A stretch of DNA of 64,000 bases from Pseudomonadota bacterium (GCA_037142195.1 JBAXBA010000010.1:2580-66579), one strand, 5' to 3'. Shown: positions 29,024 through 37,948, counted from the stretch's first letter. A program made the numbers and translations. The notes: a model not told the origin generated them from the letters alone.

Positions 29024-29371
29024 TTAAGTCTCTTGGCTTGAAACTCGGTCTTTAATGGCTTCTCTCAACATACCATGTGCAATTTTCTCAGGATCTGCTT
29101 GATAGGTGCCAGCTGCAATCTGGGCCTTAAGATCAGCAACGCGATCGTGTCTGATGGGATCCGTATTTTTGGCAATATCAAAAGCTTTTTGACGAGCTGC
29201 TGCATTTTCCTTGGCCTTGTCGGAAACATTGACTCCCACAGCACTTACGTTGGCGCTGGACTTCGGGGAGCTAGAAACCTTTGACTTTGAATCTGACTCA
29301 GTTCCAGCCACGTCTGCGCTGAGTATAGTTCCAGAGTTTTTAGTACCACTATTTCGGACCTTCACATCCAT
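29024..29371 (-). CDS. flgM: Anti-sigma-28 factor FlgM
   Basis: 115 aa with a disordered S/K-rich N-terminus. Has the C-terminal FlgM signature RVADLKAQIAAGTYQADPEKIAHGML. AAGGAGG lies 6 nt upstream of the ATG. Confidence 0.75.
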   Translation of the reverse strand: MDVKVRNSGTKNSGTILSADVAGTESDSKSKVSSSPKSSANVSAVGVNVSDKAKENAAARQKAFDIAKNTDPIRHDRVADLKAQIAAGTYQADPEKIAHGMLREAIKDRVSSQET

Positions 29372-29421
29372 TGGAAGCCTCCTTATGTTTTCTCCATTGT
29401 CGCTCTAGTTGCAACTTATGT

Positions 29422-29811
29422 CTATCGCCCGAGGCCATATGCCTGTATTCCCTTAGTTTTTACTTGGTCGGCAGAAATTACAGCTTGCCTGATTTCGGAA
29501 AGACCCGATGCACGAGTGCGAAGCAGTTGTTCCTCTATGGACTTGGCGAGGCCTGTAAAATTCTGATTTGCCATTTGCTTTGTATATTCCGTATCAAGCA
29601 TGCTTTGATACATACCTTCCGCATTACCATCACCCATCAAGTCGCTTTTTTGCACCGATTCGCGCATAGATTTGGTTAGAATTCCCAAAAAAACGGCCTC
29701 AAAATCTTGAGCGGCTTTTTTTATGGCAAGCTTTTCCGATTCTTCTTTGGAAGCTCCGCCCACTCCCGAGTACCGGTTGGTATTGAACTGTTTTCCTAAA
29801 CCTATTTCCAT
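29422..29811 (-). CDS. flgJ: Flagellar rod-binding protein (FlgJ N-terminal domain only, no muramidase domain)
   Basis: 129 aa. AAQDFEAVFLGILTKSMRES matches the Rod-binding family. It lies directly after flgI. Confidence 0.75.
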   Translation of the reverse strand: MEIGLGKQFNTNRYSGVGGASKEESEKLAIKKAAQDFEAVFLGILTKSMRESVQKSDLMGDGNAEGMYQSMLDTEYTKQMANQNFTGLAKSIEEQLLRTRASGLSEIRQAVISADQVKTKGIQAYGLGR

Positions 29812-29818
29812 AATTCCC

Positions 29819-30850
29819 TCATAAAAATTTCAATTCCGCCTGAAGCGCTCCAGAAGAGCTGAGTGCTTTCATAATCCCGATAATATCATTGGGACGAGCC
29901 CCCATCGAATTAAGAGACTTAACTATGTCGCCGACGGTAGTTCCCTTTAAATCCACAACGGAATCTCTAGCTAGGTTTTTTTCGCCTTTACTAGACTTCT
30001 TGTCTTCAACTTTAACCGTAAGATTTCCGTGTGAAATCGTCACTGGCTTGATAGTAACACTCTCCCCCATAATAATAGTCCCTGTGCGCTCATCAATGGT
30101 CACCATGGCTTTAATATCAAGATCAACTTTTAGGCTCTGAATCCTCGCGACAAACTCTATAGGGTTGTCAATATACAACGGAGGAATCGTGATGGTTACT
30201 AAACCAGGATCTACAGCCTTAGCAAAGAAACCGGAAAGCTCCGTATTCACTGCCTCTGCCATTCTGGTGGCATTTGAAAAATCAGGATAGCCCAGAACTA
30301 GCTTGAAGCTGTTTTCAACCACAAATGTTGGAGCAAATTCTCGCTCAATCACTCCTCCTCCCGGCACCTGAGCTACGGTCAGAACCCGGGCCCCCTTGCC
30401 ATCGGCTTGACCCACAACAACAGCACCCTGGGCAAAGGCATAAACCTGGCCATCTCCAGATTTTAAGGGTGACAAAAGCAAAGTTCCCCCCGCAAGGCTT
30501 TTAGCCTCCCCAATCGTTGAAATTTTAACGTCGATTTTCTCCCCAGAGCGCGCAAATGGAGGCAGTTCGGCTGTAATGATCACGCCAGCCATGGCGCCAT
30601 TAGCCTGCAAGGGCCCAGCAACCTCAAGACCCAGATTCTTAACCATATTGGTCACTGCAGAGTTGGTGGTAAGAGAGGCCGAACTGTCACCGGTTCCTTG
30701 AAGCCCAACCACAAGTCCATACCCCACTAACTGGTTCGATCGAACCCCACGAATGGAAGCCGCGTCCTTGATTCGAACGGGTGCACTAATGGAAAGAGAG
30801 GAAATAAAGAGAAGTTCCAGCACGACTAAAATACTACTTCTTTGCAACAT
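29819..30850 (-). CDS. flgI: Flagellar P-ring protein
   Basis: Has a signal peptide followed by VRIKDAASIRGVRSNQLVGYGLVVGLQGTGDS and the C-terminus ...ALSSSGALQAELKFL. It overlaps the flgH 3' end by 17 nt. Confidence 0.93.
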   Translation of the reverse strand: MLQRSSILVVLELLFISSLSISAPVRIKDAASIRGVRSNQLVGYGLVVGLQGTGDSSASLTTNSAVTNMVKNLGLEVAGPLQANGAMAGVIITAELPPFARSGEKIDVKISTIGEAKSLAGGTLLLSPLKSGDGQVYAFAQGAVVVGQADGKGARVLTVAQVPGGGVIEREFAPTFVVENSFKLVLGYPDFSNATRMAEAVNTELSGFFAKAVDPGLVTITIPPLYIDNPIEFVARIQSLKVDLDIKAMVTIDERTGTIIMGESVTIKPVTISHGNLTVKVEDKKSSKGEKNLARDSVVDLKGTTVGDIVKSLNSMGARPNDIIGIMKALSSSGALQAELKFL

Positions 30851-31916
30851 TCTTTACCGCCTTTGTGTCCGCTATTTTTGGTTGCTTATCATTTGCGGGA
30901 GAGCTCTTGGAAGAATCAGCTGTACTTGCCGGCTGATCCCCAGCTTTGGCCTTTTCATCTGCAACTAACTTAGCCTCTATTTCTTCGCGCTTTTTTTGTT
31001 CTTCTTGCAATTGAGATTTAAGAGTCTCAATCTCTTGTTCGCGATCACTGATTTTCTTGCTAGCTTCTGCGATTTTTGCCTCTTTATTCGTAGCGTCTTG
31101 GAAAATCTTAGCTCGTTCTTCAGTCATTTTAGTGCGCTCAGTAGAAAAAGCTTTGATGCGATTGTCGAGACGCGTCCTAACGTCATCTAAACGGCGCTTG
31201 TCTTCGGCAAGCTGCCTCGCATTCTTAGATGCCGTTTCTGAAAATCCGCTATATCTAAGTGAATATTCATCCAGCCAAGAATCGTTTGATCTGCGAACTG
31301 ACTCAGATCCGTCTTCATGGAACTGAATCCTTCTCAAGTCTTTAGTTGAGAAAGCTGTATTATCTCCTGCAATTCGCCCAGGTATGACAGCTTCGACAGA
31401 TAGGTATTTTACATTCCCTTCCACCTGAGACGTTCTGGAGGCTTTGACACTGAGGTCCCCTGTTGACGAAATAGATGTAATCTCCATGGGTATTTCTGAC
31501 ATTACATTTTTACTTGTTTCCTCACCGCCAAGGTTAGGCATTGCCGCCAGAAGCTCCTGAGTAAGAGCATCTCCTACTACCTTAGAATCGCTAGCATTGG
31601 AATTCGATTTTTGCGGCTCAGCATTTTGAGCAATGGGGACGACTTTTACAGTTACAAAATCCCCTACCGATAGAGGCAGCTTTGCCCCAAATAAGTGTGT
31701 GTGAGGATTGTTTGGCTGAAACAAGCTACCGCTTGAGTCAATTTCATTTTTCTTGAAGTCAATAGCTCTGTTTTCGACAAGAAGATTTTGCTGATTCTTT
31801 GCTACGGGAGCTGACTTTGGAGCAGATTTGTTAAGCATGGCAGCTGCAGGAATCGGCCGCGAAACCTGGGAAGTCTGGCAGCCTATAAAAATTAAAAAAG
31901 TAACTAGAATTTTCAT
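30834..31916 (-). CDS. flgH: Flagellar L-ring lipoprotein with a ~135-aa coiled-coil/Lys-rich C-terminal extension
   Basis: Has the lipobox FIGC. The FlgH core contains GSLFQPNNPHTHLFGAKLPLSVGDFVTVKV and ...VIPGRIAGDNTAFSTKDLRRIQF. At 360 aa it is well above the usual ~230 aa. Confidence 0.8.
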   Translation of the reverse strand: MKILVTFLIFIGCQTSQVSRPIPAAAMLNKSAPKSAPVAKNQQNLLVENRAIDFKKNEIDSSGSLFQPNNPHTHLFGAKLPLSVGDFVTVKVVPIAQNAEPQKSNSNASDSKVVGDALTQELLAAMPNLGGEETSKNVMSEIPMEITSISSTGDLSVKASRTSQVEGNVKYLSVEAVIPGRIAGDNTAFSTKDLRRIQFHEDGSESVRRSNDSWLDEYSLRYSGFSETASKNARQLAEDKRRLDDVRTRLDNRIKAFSTERTKMTEERAKIFQDATNKEAKIAEASKKISDREQEIETLKSQLQEEQKKREEIEAKLVADEKAKAGDQPASTADSSKSSPANDKQPKIADTKAVKNVAKK

Positions 31917-32905
31917 AAACTCACCTCTACTTTTCCTTGGGCTACAACTTTCGAACGCACTTTCTTTTTAGTACCTTCCAATTCCACGTCTATAGTCTGG
32001 CCTAATGTACCGGTTTGAAACGATTTGCCTCGCGACTCCATTTCAATGGATCCATCTAGAAGCCTGATTTGTACGTCATCGCCGCGATTGACTAAAGGCT
32101 GTTCCTCAAAGATTCCAAAACGCACAATTGCGCCTGGCCTTGCTGCAATCTTCATGCGTTTTCCAATTACCAAGGATCGATCCCTTGGGGCGCCGTCCAT
32201 ATATTGGGCAAATCCAACCCAAGTCTCCGCAATGTCGGTCTCTGAAATAATCGCATCTTTTTCCAAGCCGTTTACGAATGACAGCAGCTTAAACTCTGGT
32301 GTAAATCGGATGGTACCCCATACATTTACCCCTGAGGACTCACCGGTAAGTGGCGAAATCCGAATTTGAACGCGCCGAACAAAAGGCGTCCTAGAGCGAA
32401 GAAGTTCGCTTCTAAACTGTTCAAAGCCAACGACTTTGGCTACCCATTCCTCGGATGTGACATTGACTGATTTGGAATTTAGGCCCAATGAGACGCTCCA
32501 ACGCTGCAAAGCAGAATTGGGGATCCATTCTGACACTTGATCTTCAATCTTTTGCTTGATAGCCTCACTCTCTATCACATAAGAAATACGTTCAACAGCA
32601 ACAAATGTACCAACAAACTCGATCGGAGCTGCTTTTGAGTCGACTCCTATTCCTTCTTCTTGAAGTACCTGTTTGAGCTCATTTATACCTAAGTTCTTTA
32701 CAGTCCCAGGCAGTGGCGACGCTGCAACATCAATGGTTCGTATGACATTGCAAATCGCTTCATCACCGCTGCAAGTGGATATCTGTGAGAAGATATACCT
32801 CTCCGTGGCGACATGAGCGTTCTGAAAGATACGAATCTGCACACCCTCGGCTAAGGCTGAAAGGGACAGAAAAAAGCAAACAAAGAAAAGGAAATTTCTA
32901 AACAT
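31913..32905 (-). CDS. flgA: Flagellar P-ring assembly chaperone FlgA
   Basis: Has a signal peptide and a C-terminal SAF-like region VNRGDDVQIRLLDGSIEMESRGKSFQTGTLGQTIDVE. ATGA overlap with flgH. Confidence 0.75.
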   Translation of the reverse strand: MFRNFLFFVCFFLSLSALAEGVQIRIFQNAHVATERYIFSQISTCSGDEAICNVIRTIDVAASPLPGTVKNLGINELKQVLQEEGIGVDSKAAPIEFVGTFVAVERISYVIESEAIKQKIEDQVSEWIPNSALQRWSVSLGLNSKSVNVTSEEWVAKVVGFEQFRSELLRSRTPFVRRVQIRISPLTGESSGVNVWGTIRFTPEFKLLSFVNGLEKDAIISETDIAETWVGFAQYMDGAPRDRSLVIGKRMKIAARPGAIVRFGIFEEQPLVNRGDDVQIRLLDGSIEMESRGKSFQTGTLGQTIDVELEGTKKKVRSKVVAQGKVEVSL

Positions 32906-32906
32906 T

Positions 32907-33686
32907 CTATCTCATATTGTTTGTAGTTTGGAGCATTTGATCGCCTGTTTGAATCACTTTTGAATTGATCTCGTAGGCTCTTTGACCTGTGATCATGTTG
33001 ACCATTTCTTCGACGATATTCACGTTTGAAGATTCAAGTTGAGACTGAGCGATGCGCCCCAACCCATTTTGACCAGGAATGCCTACAATAGCTTCACCAC
33101 TCGCCCGTGATGTCACGTAATAGTTGCCGCCTGTAGATACCAGACCTGTTGGATTTAAAAAATTGGCAACTTGAACTTGTCCGATTTCTTGAGTTTCACC
33201 AGCAATTTTCACTGTAACAATACCATCATGTCCTACGTGAAAGCTATCGGCTCCTGAGGGAACAGTGATCTCTGGAAGAACTGGATAGCCATCAGCTGTA
33301 ACAATTCTTCCCGTGTCGTCTTTTGAAAAGTGTCCATCACGTGTGTAAAGCGTGGTTCCGTCATCTCGTTGAGCCCTAAAGAAGCCCTGACCTTCCACCA
33401 TCATGTCCATTTCATTGTTTGTGACTTGAATTGCACCCTGGGTAAACATCTTGTCCACACTAGAGAGCTTCGATCCACTTCCTATTTGAATTCCGCTAGG
33501 AACTACGGTGCCTGTTGAAGAGCTTTGACCAGGAGCCCGAATATTTTGATAAAGCAAATCATGAAAATTGGCGCGAGAACGCTTAAATGCTGATGTATTT
33601 ACGTTAGCTAAGTTGTTAGCAATCGTATCAATGTTTGTCTGCTGGGCTTCCATTCCAGTGGATGCCGTATAAAGAGAGCGAATCAT
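32907..33686 (-). CDS. flgG: Flagellar distal rod protein
   Basis: 259 aa. Has MIRSLYTASTGMEAQQTNIDTIANNLANVNT at the N-terminus and the C-terminus ...GQRAYEINSKVIQTGDQMLQTTNNM. Confidence 0.92.
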   Translation of the reverse strand: MIRSLYTASTGMEAQQTNIDTIANNLANVNTSAFKRSRANFHDLLYQNIRAPGQSSSTGTVVPSGIQIGSGSKLSSVDKMFTQGAIQVTNNEMDMMVEGQGFFRAQRDDGTTLYTRDGHFSKDDTGRIVTADGYPVLPEITVPSGADSFHVGHDGIVTVKIAGETQEIGQVQVANFLNPTGLVSTGGNYYVTSRASGEAIVGIPGQNGLGRIAQSQLESSNVNIVEEMVNMITGQRAYEINSKVIQTGDQMLQTTNNMR

Positions 33687-33731
33687 GTATTTCTCCTATT
33701 TTGTGTAGTAAAAGTCATAAAATTTGGCACA

Positions 33732-34517
33732 TCAAGCACGTACAACTCCGATTTGATTGGCTGATTTTTCCATCATAGAGTCCATGTTTTTGATGCTTTT
33801 TTGATAGGCTTCGTAGGATCTATGGGCGATAATCATCGACGTAAGATTCTTAATGGGATTTACGTTGGAACCTTCTAAAAACCCTTGTTTGATTCTGGAT
33901 TCCTCGGCTGGCTTAATTTGGTCGTCACTACCAGACCAGAAATAGTGGTTGTTTCCGACCTTCTCTAACTTGTGATCATCGGCAAATGTGACTAGCTTGA
34001 TTCTATCTGCAATTTTGCCATCTAATAGAACTTCACCCCTGGCATTCACTTGAAAGCCTTCTCGGGCAAGTATGACTCCCTTTTCCCCTAAAATAGGATT
34101 GCCGAACTTGTCTGATACAAGCCCATCTTCATTAAGAGAAAGACTTCCATCCCTCGAATAGCGCATACCATCAGGTGTGTTCACAGAAAAGTAGCCTTTG
34201 CCTTCAATCATCAAGTCAAGAGGGTTGTCTGTTTTCTGCGCTGGTCCTTGACTGATATCTCTGTCTACCCCAGAGACCTCCACATAGTTGATCTCGTTTC
34301 CTCGAAGGGGCATGAGTTTTTCAAAATCTATTTTGTAATTTGCAGGGGGCAACGGATCTTTATAGTACTTCTGAGGTTCTGGCTCCAAAACCTTAAAAGT
34401 AACGTTTTCGGACTTATAGCCGACAGTATTTATGTTTGCTAGATTGTTGGCAATAATGTCCATTACTTTTTCTTGGGCTAAAGCACCTGACATTGGAGTA
34501 TAGATACCATTCAGCAT
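33732..34517 (-). CDS. flgF: Flagellar proximal rod protein FlgF-type
   Basis: MLNGIYTPMSGALAQEKVMDIIANNLANINTVGYK starts at ATG 34517 with GAGGAGG 5 nt upstream. The ORF-track start at 34550 is an over-extension. FlgF and a second FlgG paralog cannot be fully separated by eye. Confidence 0.8.
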   Translation of the reverse strand: MLNGIYTPMSGALAQEKVMDIIANNLANINTVGYKSENVTFKVLEPEPQKYYKDPLPPANYKIDFEKLMPLRGNEINYVEVSGVDRDISQGPAQKTDNPLDLMIEGKGYFSVNTPDGMRYSRDGSLSLNEDGLVSDKFGNPILGEKGVILAREGFQVNARGEVLLDGKIADRIKLVTFADDHKLEKVGNNHYFWSGSDDQIKPAEESRIKQGFLEGSNVNPIKNLTSMIIAHRSYEAYQKSIKNMDSMMEKSANQIGVVRA

Positions 34518-34545
34518 ATTGACCTCCTCACATATGAGGAGACCT

Positions 34546-34561
34546 TGCAATGGTTAGGCCA
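34546..34561 (-). promoter_or_regulatory. Candidate sigma-54 (-24/-12) promoter for flgF and downstream genes
   Basis: The minus strand reads TGGCCTAACCATTGCA. This has GG-N10-GC spacing with TGGC and TTGCA flanks, compared with the consensus TGGCAC-N5-TTGCA. The element ends 28 nt upstream of the flgF ATG. Confidence 0.5.
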
Positions 34562-34770
34562 CAATTCAACGGAATAGGTACAAATTTCATCAGTTGATAT
34601 TTCAGACTTTTTGCCAGATGCAAAAAACTGAGCGCCTTCTTCAATACGCGAATAACTGCAGGAAATGCTCAGTGTCAAAAAAAGCGTCAATTAGATTACG
34701 CCTGAGAAAAAATAAGTCATTTCTTTGACGGCAAAAGAGATGAGGATAGACCACTTTTAATTCTTAATTT

Positions 34771-35697
34771 TTAGTTTTGCAGCAATTTGAGAGCGATCTC
34801 TGGAAGCTGGCCTGCATTTGAAAGCACGGAAGCGCCTGCCTGTCTCATTATGTTGTATTGAGTAAATTCGGCAGTTTCCTTCGCAAAATCCGCGTCAAGA
34901 ATTCGGCTGCGGGCAGCCGTTAGGCCTTCCGATCTTATCGAAAGATTCCGTTCCGTAGAAGTAAGACGGTTTTGAATAGCACCTAAAACCGACCTGTAGC
35001 TAGCCACTTTCTGCATCGCTTGGTCAACTCTATCAATAGATAGTTGAGCATAGTGTTTGGTATCGACTCTACTACCTTCTTCATTTACCGAGGAGCCAAT
35101 TCCCAGAGAGCCTTCTCCATCTAATCGCGCATTTAACTTTTCAAATGGCACTCGAATGATATCAAGTGGATTTCTTTGCTCCAGGGAGTCAACAGTAGGG
35201 AAATAATTTTTATCGACTTGGATTTCCAGGGGGAAATCATTGTGATTTTTGAATAATTCTTCTGGAACCTTGGAAGGCCCAGCCAAAAGTCTCGTGCCAT
35301 TGAATTCTGTAGATAGGGCAATACGTTCAATTTCATCTTTCAATTGAAAGTATTCCATATTTAAATAGCCTCGCTCCTTGGGGCCTAATGTGTCGGAAGC
35401 AGCTTGAATGGAAACCTCTCGTAAGCGTACTAAGATGTTGCTGATTTCATCTAGTGATCCTTCTCCCACCTGAATCATAGCAATGGCATCGCCAGCGTTT
35501 CTCTTGGCTTGATCTAAAGATCTCACGTCAGCTTTTAACGTTTCTGAAATGGCTAGACCAGCAGCATCATCCGCTGCGCGATTGATTCTATAGCCCGAAG
35601 CCAACTTCTCCATAGTACGAGTCGAAGCAGTTTGATTTTCACCAAAATGCCGCTGAGCCACAAGAGAGGCCATATTCGTTCGAATCCGAATACCCAA
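34771..35697 (-). CDS. fliC: Flagellin
   Basis: 308 aa. (M)GIRIRTNMASLVAQ..., LASGYRINRAADDAAGLAISE and the C-terminus MRQAGASVLSNAGQLPEIALKLLQN are all family-typical. TTG start with AGGAG 8 nt upstream. Confidence 0.9.
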   Translation of the reverse strand: MGIRIRTNMASLVAQRHFGENQTASTRTMEKLASGYRINRAADDAAGLAISETLKADVRSLDQAKRNAGDAIAMIQVGEGSLDEISNILVRLREVSIQAASDTLGPKERGYLNMEYFQLKDEIERIALSTEFNGTRLLAGPSKVPEELFKNHNDFPLEIQVDKNYFPTVDSLEQRNPLDIIRVPFEKLNARLDGEGSLGIGSSVNEEGSRVDTKHYAQLSIDRVDQAMQKVASYRSVLGAIQNRLTSTERNLSIRSEGLTAARSRILDADFAKETAEFTQYNIMRQAGASVLSNAGQLPEIALKLLQN

Positions 35698-35723
35698 AAG
35701 GGTGTCTCCTCATCACAAAAGAC

Positions 35724-36371
35724 TTATTCTTCTATCCTATAAGATAAGAATACATGATCCCCCCTCGCCTGGGAAGTGATCAGCTTTAGCTTTGCTGGTG
35801 AGGGTAAGTCCGCGACTACATACTTAGAGGCCTCTGAAGACCCCAAGATAACAGGGCAAATCGTGATTTCTACGCCAAAAACCAATTTTGCTGCAAAAAA
35901 CAACTGATTGATCTGCCCTCCACCGAATAGCAAGACCTGATCAAGTTTTTTAGAGTTTAAGTGAGCGTAGAGCTCGCGAGCTGGGTCGTTTTCATAATAG
36001 AAAACAGATACCCCGTGCCGCAACGCAAAGCCTTCCTGCTCGGAACTGATTCCATGGGACCTAGAAGTAACCAGGGTACGTGGTCCAGCTTCGCTCCAAA
36101 AAGGAAGAGTTTCAGGGAGGCCTTTATTGGTAAATACATACCATTCGACTAAGTCACCCCTGTTATTTTGAATCCCCCAGGTTTTTCCAGCCGAAACAAG
36201 GGATGTAGACCCCGTAATTACCGCTGAGGATTCCATCAATAGTTGTTTAAGATGCTGCTGGTCCGCTAAAGAACTTAATCCATAGGTGATTCTTTCCGAA
36301 TCACTCTCGAACTTCCTGAGAGAAATGTACCCATCTAGACTCACAGCATTGACATTCACAATCTTAGTCAC
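35724..36371 (-). CDS. RibD C-terminal-domain / dihydrofolate-reductase-like reductase
   Basis: 215 aa. Has VNAVSLDGYISL at the N-terminus and LLFGGGQINQLFFAAKL...ICPVILG. GTG start with AGGAGG 7 nt upstream. Confidence 0.7.
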   Translation of the reverse strand: MTKIVNVNAVSLDGYISLRKFESDSERITYGLSSLADQQHLKQLLMESSAVITGSTSLVSAGKTWGIQNNRGDLVEWYVFTNKGLPETLPFWSEAGPRTLVTSRSHGISSEQEGFALRHGVSVFYYENDPARELYAHLNSKKLDQVLLFGGGQINQLFFAAKLVFGVEITICPVILGSSEASKYVVADLPSPAKLKLITSQARGDHVFLSYRIEE

Positions 36372-36672
36372 CTGTCTTCCTCCTGCTGGTATACTATCTC
36401 CTTACTTGCTAGGGGAATTCAATAAAATTAGTGATTTGTTCCAACGCTTTTGTCACTTAATTAAGCCCCCAAGCAAGTAATTGCGCACGACCCGAGACGT
36501 CTTCAGTTTCCGGAAAGATTCCGATGGATAACAAGAAATGAGAAGGAAAGACGGCCTACTCAGAATCTTGAGTGCTTATGGGAGACCTTCCTTAATAAGG
36601 CTTCTGCCTCGCTCTTAAAAATTTAAGGAGCTGTGTCTTGGGCGATTTTACATCTCTAGATAAGCTCCCCAT

Positions 36673-36702
36673 TAAAAAAGCTCCAGTGATTTACTGAAGC
36701 TT
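36673..36702 (-). terminator. Rho-independent terminator after carD
   Basis: On the minus strand AGCTTCAGT-AAATC-ACTGGAGCT forms a 9-bp stem with one G-U pair, followed by TTTTTT. It lies about 30 nt after the carD stop. Confidence 0.7.
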
Positions 36703-36733
36703 TTTAAATCCGCGTCTTTCAAGGAGAGCTTTC

Positions 36734-37222
36734 TTAATGCAGGCTCACTAATTTGTTTCTTATTTCGACCTGGGCATCAGCCAGAGACACTCCGCGAGAG
36801 GCTGAAATCTCTGAAACTATCAACTCCATCGCCTTCTCAAGCATTTGCTTCTCACCGAAAGATAACTCTTTTGTACATTGTAGGGTCCAAAGGTCTCTCA
36901 AAACTTCTGCAACATCTTCAATCATACTTGCTTTTAGCTTCTCATTGAATTCACGGAATCTTCGGTTCCACGCTCGCTGAGCGACTTTGTGAGGAGTGCT
37001 TAAAATGGAATAGATGTTTGATATTCCATCAGTACTTACGATACCCCTTAAGCCGGCCCGTTCCGAAGACTTTGTAGGAACCATCAGAGTCGTTCCTGTT
37101 GCTAAAAACTTCAGCACATAGAAGTCGACTCTCATCCCTCCCATATCTTTTGACTCAATGCTTGCCACTTCGGCAACACCGTGGGCAGGATAAACTGCTT
37201 TATCACCTACTTTAAACATCAC
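36734..37222 (-). CDS. carD: CarD/CdnL family RNA-polymerase-binding transcription factor
   Basis: 162 aa. FKVGDKAVYPAHGVAEV is the Tudor-like RNAP-interaction domain. A helical C-terminal domain follows. Confidence 0.9.
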   Translation of the reverse strand: MMFKVGDKAVYPAHGVAEVASIESKDMGGMRVDFYVLKFLATGTTLMVPTKSSERAGLRGIVSTDGISNIYSILSTPHKVAQRAWNRRFREFNEKLKASMIEDVAEVLRDLWTLQCTKELSFGEKQMLEKAMELIVSEISASRGVSLADAQVEIRNKLVSLH

Positions 37223-37583
37223 TTTTCACCTCGATTGATTTCCGCCTGGAATCTGGATTTGAGGACCCCTAGTTGCTTAAGGATCAATCAGACGGGCTGA
37301 CTTTCTATTAATAACATAGAATTTTATTAAATCAACTTTAAAATTCTTTAAAATACACAGCAGCTGTAGCCCCCTATATTCTCTTGCTTTTATCTCTTTC
37401 CATGATTACAGTCCGCCCCTCAAGAGGTAAATCCTCTGACTCTTTTAAGCTCCGTAGTTCTTCGACCACGGATCTAGGACTTCTCCCAAGTACCGGATCT
37501 CGTTGTGAAAAATGAAGACTCTAAGGTGCTACTAGGGTTAAGGAAAAACACTTGGTAACTATCTATTTAAATTGGGAGATTCT

Positions 37584-37850
37584 ATGTTTGATGTAAAGAC
37601 AAAGTCAGCTATCGTGGAAAAGTTTCGCATTAATGAAAAAGACACGGCTTCCCCACAGGTGCAAATCGCACTTCTTTCAGCCCGTCTTGATTATCTAAAA
37701 GATCATTTTACAAAAAACCCAAAAGATCACCATAGCCGCACCGGACTTCTAAAAATAGTTGGCCGCCGCCGTCGCCTTTTGGATTATCTTAAAAGAAATG
37801 ATGAACCTACTTATAAGTCCCTTATTGTCACTTTAGGAATCAGAAAATAA
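37584..37850 (+). CDS. rpsO: 30S ribosomal protein S15
   Basis: MFDVKTKSAIVEKFRINEKDTASPQVQIALLSARLDYLKDHF...HHSRTGLLKIVGRRRRLLDYL. ATG at 37584 with GGGAG 5 nt upstream. The ORF-track TTG at 37572 is less likely. Confidence 0.95.
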   Translation: MFDVKTKSAIVEKFRINEKDTASPQVQIALLSARLDYLKDHFTKNPKDHHSRTGLLKIVGRRRRLLDYLKRNDEPTYKSLIVTLGIRK

Positions 37851-37918
37851 TATTTTCAAGGTTCTCTAAGGTAAGTACTTATATTTATCTTGGTTACAAA
37901 TTAAATCGCTGATACCCT

Positions 37919-37948
37919 ATTGCGTAGATTTATATAAGTCTACGCAAT
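37919..37948 (+). promoter_or_regulatory. Perfect 10-bp hairpin in the rpsO-pnp spacer (attenuator/processing-site candidate)
   Basis: ATTGCGTAGA-TTTATATAAG-TCTACGCAAT is followed by TGGCTTTTGT. Its position is analogous to the E. coli rpsO terminator / RNase III-processed pnp leader. Confidence 0.6.

Noticed and set aside
34551-34770. A Rho-independent terminator after flagellin
   Set aside because: Only 4-bp stems (GTCA...TGAC, GCGT...ACGC) precede the T-runs. That is too weak to call.
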